DNA of 64,000 nucleotides, from the NCBI GenBank assembly GCA_964410735.1, contig CAYPIF010000052.1, positions 7,132 to 71,131 of the forward strand, read 5' to 3'. Position 1 is the first letter of the stretch. The number at the start of each line of letters is the position of its first letter. A program made the translations under genes and the position numbers. A model generated the notes under the pieces. It did not search any database, was not told the origin of the DNA, and was given only the letters and a program-made list of their open reading frames with translations. Positions 59,282-64,000 of the stretch are shown in pieces. The DNA comes from an uncultured Thermoplasmatales archaeon (GTDB lineage Archaea > Thermoplasmatota > E2 > DHVEG-1).

Positions 59282-60874
59282 CTAGATCTTCTTTACCATA
59301 TACGGTCCTCTCCGTTCATAGCCAAACCGTCTGTAATATTCTCGTGTACCAATGCCGGAGAGTACGCTAAGCGCTTTGGCATCATAGTCTTGCTTCGCTA
59401 TTCGCTCTGCCTCTTTCATCAGCCGTTTGCCCCATCCTTTATGTTGCCACTTGTTGTTCTCTGCAGTATTTCCAACCTGAACCAATGGTCCAAAGACATG
59501 CACCTCACGGACCAACATCGTCCTTGTATCCTTTACTTCATCTCTATGAGCGTTCCCCGACGGATATCGTAATCTTAGTAATCCTATCAATGCATCCGTA
59601 GATTCATCTTCAAATGAGAGAAACAGTTCCTCCCCATCTGATGCATAATATTTCTGAGTGACAAGTTGAACAGTATCTATATCGATCTGTTCCTTTGATT
59701 TATACTGAACATGACCTACCTCTCTGCATCTGATACATCGACATCGTGAGCCATCCTTTTTCATCCTCTCTTTTACCAATTGTCGCAGGTCACCACGTTT
59801 TACACCTGCTGAGATGAATGTTGAGGGGATATCACGTTGTATCCGTTGTATCCGTACCCATGGAGGAACACGTTTCTTGATCTCAGAGATCAACTCAATG
59901 GTCTCATCAAGAGAATATGGTTGATATTCTCCCTTTTTCCATTGCTCATATAGTTTTGTTTTTGGGATGACGAGGGTTGGATAAATCTTGACCGCATCAG
60001 GTTTGAAATTCTCATTTTGAAATATTGTTTCAAAAGCTTTAAGGTCCCTCTCAAAATTGGATCCTGTAAGTCCAGGCATCATATGATAAATAACTGCATA
60101 TCCTGCATCCTTGGCGATACGAGTAGCTTCTATCACATCCTGAACAGTATGCCCTCGGTTTACTTTTTTATACACATCATCATACACGGTCTGCACACCA
60201 AGTTCAACCCTGGTCGCGCCAAGCCGGAGCATGAAATCAACCTGTGATTCCTTACAATAATCCGGTCTTGTTTCAATGGTAATATCACTGTTGCGTATCG
60301 TTGCATGTTCCGCTGCATTCTGAGCTTCCGCTATTGTTTTCGCATTAGATTCAGATAATGCGTTGAGACATTGAATAACGAACCATTCGAAATAATCCCG
60401 TGGATATGCGGTAAGTGTTCCACCAAAGATGATGAGTTCAACCTTATCAACGGTATGGCCCATGATCTTGAATTGTTTGATACGACTGCTGACCTGTTTA
60501 TACGGATCATACTCATTTTCGATGGCTCTTCTCCCCGCTGGTTCATTCCCTGTATAGCTTTGAGGCGTTCCTTCATCGGGTCCACCGGGGCAATAGGTAC
60601 ATGGTTCTTCCTTTGGGCATGGAAATGGTTTTGGCATGACAGTGATGATAGTCACACCAGAGATCGCTCTGATCGGTTTGATACGTAGCACTGAGAGAAC
60701 TTTTTCTTTTTCCTTGTCGGTTGCCATGGCAAGTATCTGCGAGTTCTTTGGGAACTGTTTCAAACCAAACGTTCTGCATCCCCAGAGTTTTACTTTGGTC
60801 AGATCCTTATCCTTCTCAAACCCACCTGAAAGGATCTTATCAAGGATGGCTCGATATGCTTTATCATCAGTCAT
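59282..60874 (-). CDS. elp3: Elp3 tRNA uridine(34) acetyltransferase (radical SAM + KAT)
   Basis: CPKEEPCTYCPGG, QSYTG.EP, IETRPD, ELGVQ, KIYPTLV, RIQRDIP, QHKGWG, GTREYY. Confidence 0.95.
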   Translation of the reverse strand: MTDDKAYRAILDKILSGGFEKDKDLTKVKLWGCRTFGLKQFPKNSQILAMATDKEKEKVLSVLRIKPIRAISGVTIITVMPKPFPCPKEEPCTYCPGGPDEGTPQSYTGNEPAGRRAIENEYDPYKQVSSRIKQFKIMGHTVDKVELIIFGGTLTAYPRDYFEWFVIQCLNALSESNAKTIAEAQNAAEHATIRNSDITIETRPDYCKESQVDFMLRLGATRVELGVQTVYDDVYKKVNRGHTVQDVIEATRIAKDAGYAVIYHMMPGLTGSNFERDLKAFETIFQNENFKPDAVKIYPTLVIPKTKLYEQWKKGEYQPYSLDETIELISEIKKRVPPWVRIQRIQRDIPSTFISAGVKRGDLRQLVKERMKKDGSRCRCIRCREVGHVQYKSKEQIDIDTVQLVTQKYYASDGEELFLSFEDESTDALIGLLRLRYPSGNAHRDEVKDTRTMLVREVHVFGPLVQVGNTAENNKWQHKGWGKRLMKEAERIAKQDYDAKALSVLSGIGTREYYRRFGYERRGPYMVKKI

Positions 60875-61182
60875 TATGGCACCAGTTGTTCTTAGACAAT
60901 TGGGGGAGTAATATCGGTAAAAAATAAAAATGATTGTATTGAAAAGAGATAGTGGAGAAGCATACAGTATTAAACATATATCTTGGACTTGTTACTGTTT
61001 GGATATTGTTGCATAAAATTCATTATTTTTCGTCATCCTCACTATTCTTTATTTGATTCGACTGTACTACTTTTCCCCTGAATTAAATGGAGTGGTCATT
61101 CATTGAGATAATTTATTTTTCATATTGCTGGTAACTGGATTATATCTTTATCTAAGGGTGAGTGTATTACTTATTCGGAAAT

Positions 61183-61796
61183 ATGGATTTAATAAGATGT
61201 GACCCCTGCATTCATAATTTTGACGATGTTTCAAAATTAATATGTGATAAGGCGCCAGAATTATTTTCGTTATTATTTGGGAGAAAAGAGATGAGGCGTT
61301 ATATAGAATAAAAATAATTGTTAAAGCTGGAAAAAAACTCCTTTGGGTGTGATCATATTTATCTTGCTATAGAAAATCAAAAAATTATTGGATTGACAAT
61401 TATTTATACTGGTGGAGAGATAGATAAAAAAATCCAGTCAAGTGTATTCTCTGAAAACTTGGAATTTTTTAATCTTTTAAAGTTATTAGTATTTGAAAAG
61501 ATTATAATCAACAGATTTGGATGAGCATGAATTATATATCAGTAATATCTGTGTTGATAAATATCATCGTGGACGGAGGGCAGGTAAATTTCTGTTAGAT
61601 AACATCTATGTTAAGGCAAGGAAAAAAAATTTGTGAAAGCTTGATTCTTGATGTTTCAAAAGAAAATATAATCGCAATAAATTTGTATAAAAAATCGGGA
61701 TTCGAAGTATGTGAAGAAAGATCATCAAAATTATCTAGTATATCCGTTTTGAAAAAGATGAAAAAATTTAATATTATTAAATTATATATTATATAA
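61183..61796 (+). pseudogene. Frameshifted GNAT acetyltransferase remnant, AT-rich
   Basis: Fragments in different frames: MDLIRCDP...PELFSLLFG / NSFGCDHIY / ELYISNICVDKYHRGRRAG / LDVSKENIIAINLYKKSGF. Confidence 0.7.
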
Positions 61797-61830
61797 AATA
61801 ATTTTATAAATGGGGTGATTAATGGAAGAG

Positions 61831-61903
61831 TGGGCTTATCCGGATTTGAACCGGAGACCTCCGCCGTGTGAAGGCGACGTCATAACCACTAGACCATAAG
61901 CCC
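61831..61903 (-). tRNA. tRNA-Val(CAC)
   Basis: The reverse complement GGGCTTA...TCGCC-TTCACAC-GGCGG...GTTCAAATC...TAAGCCCA folds as a cloverleaf. Confidence 0.95.
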
Positions 61904-62057
61904 AATACTAACTCATGTGTAGGATAGGAATACTGGTGATGGATAAATGTTTTTCGACAGATGGATCTTGGCTGAGTCTAAATCTTAAGAAAGGTTTATC
62001 TATAGTTATGGTTTTTTATGTTTGCATAAAATTGTGTTTCCTACAAGGTTGTTTTCC

Positions 62058-62597
62058 ATGAAAAAATTACGGTTCATTAGTAAAATATTGCCAAAGGATG
62101 AAAATGATGAAGATTGTTCTGAAGATGAGTCTGTTGTTGCCGAAACTGAATCAGTTGAAGAAAAAAAACAGAAGGCAGAGTATTCTGAAACATTATATGC
62201 TGGTCAAAGCGTGCCTCAGCCGTCGGTTGATGCTTTTCGTTTTCGTAATGTTGAGGGGATCGAGTCAACCGTTGATACGCTTCACCATCGTTCAAAACAA
62301 CCTATTGAATCAGATATTGAACGGCGTGTGGATGCTGTTATCGCTGATCAGTCATCCTCAAGTACATCTCGTAAACCAGCGAATGTTATCTATGTGGTGA
62401 GTAAACCGACACCCGGTCAGGTTCGGGGTGATTGGGCGGTGAGAAGTCATGGGAAGATCTATAGTCATCATCGGACAAAGGATAATGCGATAAAAGCTGC
62501 TCGTCAGATAGCTGAGGAGAAAGAAGCTACAGTCCTTGTTCAGAATATGGATGGCACCTTTAGATCAAGTTATAAACCAAAACCAAAAAAGGAGTAG
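62058..62597 (+). CDS. Protein with acidic low-complexity N-terminus and C-terminal DUF2188-like domain
   Basis: WAVRS...TKDNAIKAARQIA...VLVQNMDGTFR..Y pattern. Confidence 0.7.
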   Translation: MKKLRFISKILPKDENDEDCSEDESVVAETESVEEKKQKAEYSETLYAGQSVPQPSVDAFRFRNVEGIESTVDTLHHRSKQPIESDIERRVDAVIADQSSSSTSRKPANVIYVVSKPTPGQVRGDWAVRSHGKIYSHHRTKDNAIKAARQIAEEKEATVLVQNMDGTFRSSYKPKPKKE

Positions 62598-62663
62598 TCT
62601 CTCAGAATTTTTTGGTTTTTCATGCTGCATGCTTTTAAAGGTTCTTTGTATGGGGGTTTTTGT

Positions 62664-63197
62664 ATGATCGCTGTGTTGCGTCTTGGTCATCGTCCGTTTC
62701 GTGATAAACGTATCACTACTCATGTGGCCCTTGTTTCACGAGCATTTGGTGCTGATAAGATATTTATTGATACAAAGGATGAGAGTATTGAAAAAAACTT
62801 GGCTTCTATCGCAAAACGATTCGGTGGTTCTTTTCAAGTGGAGACTGGTGTGAAACCACTTACGATTGTGAAGAACTGGTCGGGTCTCATTGTTCATTTG
62901 ACCATGTATGGAGAGACGCTTGACAAGGCAGTTCATGCACTTCAGTCCGAAAAGGATCAAGAAATTTTGATCATTGTTGGTGCTGAGAAGGTTCCTGCAC
63001 AGTATTATGAGCTTTCTGATTGGAATGTATCTGTTGGAAATCAACCGCATAGTGAGGTTGCTGCTCTTGCGTTGTTCCTTGATCGATTCACAAGGGGTAC
63101 TTGGGTTGACAAGGATTTTAATGGTGACGTCAAGATAATTCCATCGAAAGATGGTAAGAATGTTATGTCTTCGAAAAAAGAGGATGGTGAATCCTGA
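62664..63197 (+). CDS. trm56: tRNA (cytidine(56)-2'-O)-methyltransferase
   Basis: LRLGHRPFRDKRITTHVALVSRAFGA, VHLTMYG, VGAEKVP, NVSVGNQPHSEVAALA. Confidence 0.95.
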   Translation: MIAVLRLGHRPFRDKRITTHVALVSRAFGADKIFIDTKDESIEKNLASIAKRFGGSFQVETGVKPLTIVKNWSGLIVHLTMYGETLDKAVHALQSEKDQEILIIVGAEKVPAQYYELSDWNVSVGNQPHSEVAALALFLDRFTRGTWVDKDFNGDVKIIPSKDGKNVMSSKKEDGES

Positions 63198-63718
63198 TGG
63201 ATGCAATCCCATCAAAGGAAGAATGTTTACGTTTACTTCAAGAAGCGGGTTGTTCAGATGAGGTCATACGTCATTGCAAAGCAGTAAGAGATGTTGCTGT
63301 TAGAATTGCAAAAAAAGCAGGTGCTCGTCTTGATCTTGTGGAGGCTGGAGCGCTGCTTCATGATATCGGGCGGTCAAAAACCCATACCATCCGACATGCG
63401 ATTGAAGGCGCTAAGATTGCAAGACGACTTGGTTTATCTGATGAAATTGTCAATATAATAGAACGTCATATCGGTGCTGGTTTATCAAAGGATGTTGCAA
63501 AATCACTGGGGCTGCCTAAGAAGGATTTTATTCCTGAGACCCTTGAGGAAAAGATCGTGTGTCATGCTGATAACTTGCTTGATGATTGTACTCGTCGGCC
63601 TATTGAAATTGAGGTTGAAAAGGCATTGTCTAAGGGTAACAAGGAGTATGCAATTCGCCTTGCTCGGCTTCACTGGGAACTTAGTGAAATATGCGGTATG
63701 GATCTTAATAAGATATAA
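63197..63718 (+). CDS. HD(IG)-domain metal-dependent phosphohydrolase (TIGR00295-like)
   Basis: HC.AV...LLHDIGR...HA..G...ERHIGAG...PETLEEKIVCHADNL; TGATG overlap with trm56. Confidence 0.9.
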   Translation: MDAIPSKEECLRLLQEAGCSDEVIRHCKAVRDVAVRIAKKAGARLDLVEAGALLHDIGRSKTHTIRHAIEGAKIARRLGLSDEIVNIIERHIGAGLSKDVAKSLGLPKKDFIPETLEEKIVCHADNLLDDCTRRPIEIEVEKALSKGNKEYAIRLARLHWELSEICGMDLNKI

Positions 63719-63790
63719 AGGACACCAGAAAAAGATAAATATGGTTTTTGGAATGTAGCCCTTAACACAGGTTAAGGATTATTTTCATTT

Positions 63791-63875
63791 GCAGGGGTAG
63801 CCAAGCCTGGCCAACGGCGCAAGGTTGAGGGCCTTGTCCTGTAGAGGTCCGCGAGTTCAAATCTCGTCCCCTGCA
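63791..63875 (+). tRNA. tRNA-Leu(GAG)
   Basis: GCAGGGG...CAAGG-TTGAGGG-CCTTG, long variable arm, GTTCAAATC...CCCCTGCA. Confidence 0.95.
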
Positions 63876-64000
63876 TTTTTTCCCATTTTTTACAGGAGAA
63901 AAATGATATTTTTCGAAAAAGTGTCCCCAACTCAATTTTACCGGTAAATACTTGATTTAGTTCGTTTTTAACTGTTTTTCACAAGATTTCTAGTTTTGAT

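Noticed and set aside
557..63758. Numerous short antisense or alternate-frame ORFs in the track
   Set aside because: They lie inside well-supported genes and have no motifs or start signals.

Overview
Archaeal chromosomal segment. Evidence: aEF-1beta, aTrm56, Elp3, IPK/IDI-2/GGPP synthase, archaeal GluRS and four intron-less tRNAs. The secreted C25, caspase-like, M28 and PKD proteins suggest a sediment Thermoplasmatota lineage such as MBG-D/DHVEG-1 (inference). Housekeeping genes include thiC, purF, pyrF, rpiA, kptA and gltX. The window also holds a glycogen cluster led by a tandem winged-helix gene, a five-gene glycosyltransferase/flippase operon, many secreted peptidases (two decayed), an orphan PAS histidine kinase and a dead IS701-like element with visible TIRs and TSD. 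The best unannotated signal is a structured intergenic RNA after pyrF (about 46523-46770). It has two clear stem-pocket-stem hairpins, each with an L7Ae-type K-loop or K-turn and an ACA/AGA box, plus a weaker third domain, so it is a candidate multi-hairpin box H/ACA guide RNA. Other candidate systems are a rhomboid protease coupled to a tail-anchored phospholipase D, and a stand-alone Lrp ligand-binding domain paired with an EamA transporter carrying the same domain. All calls come from reading the sequence; no searches were run.
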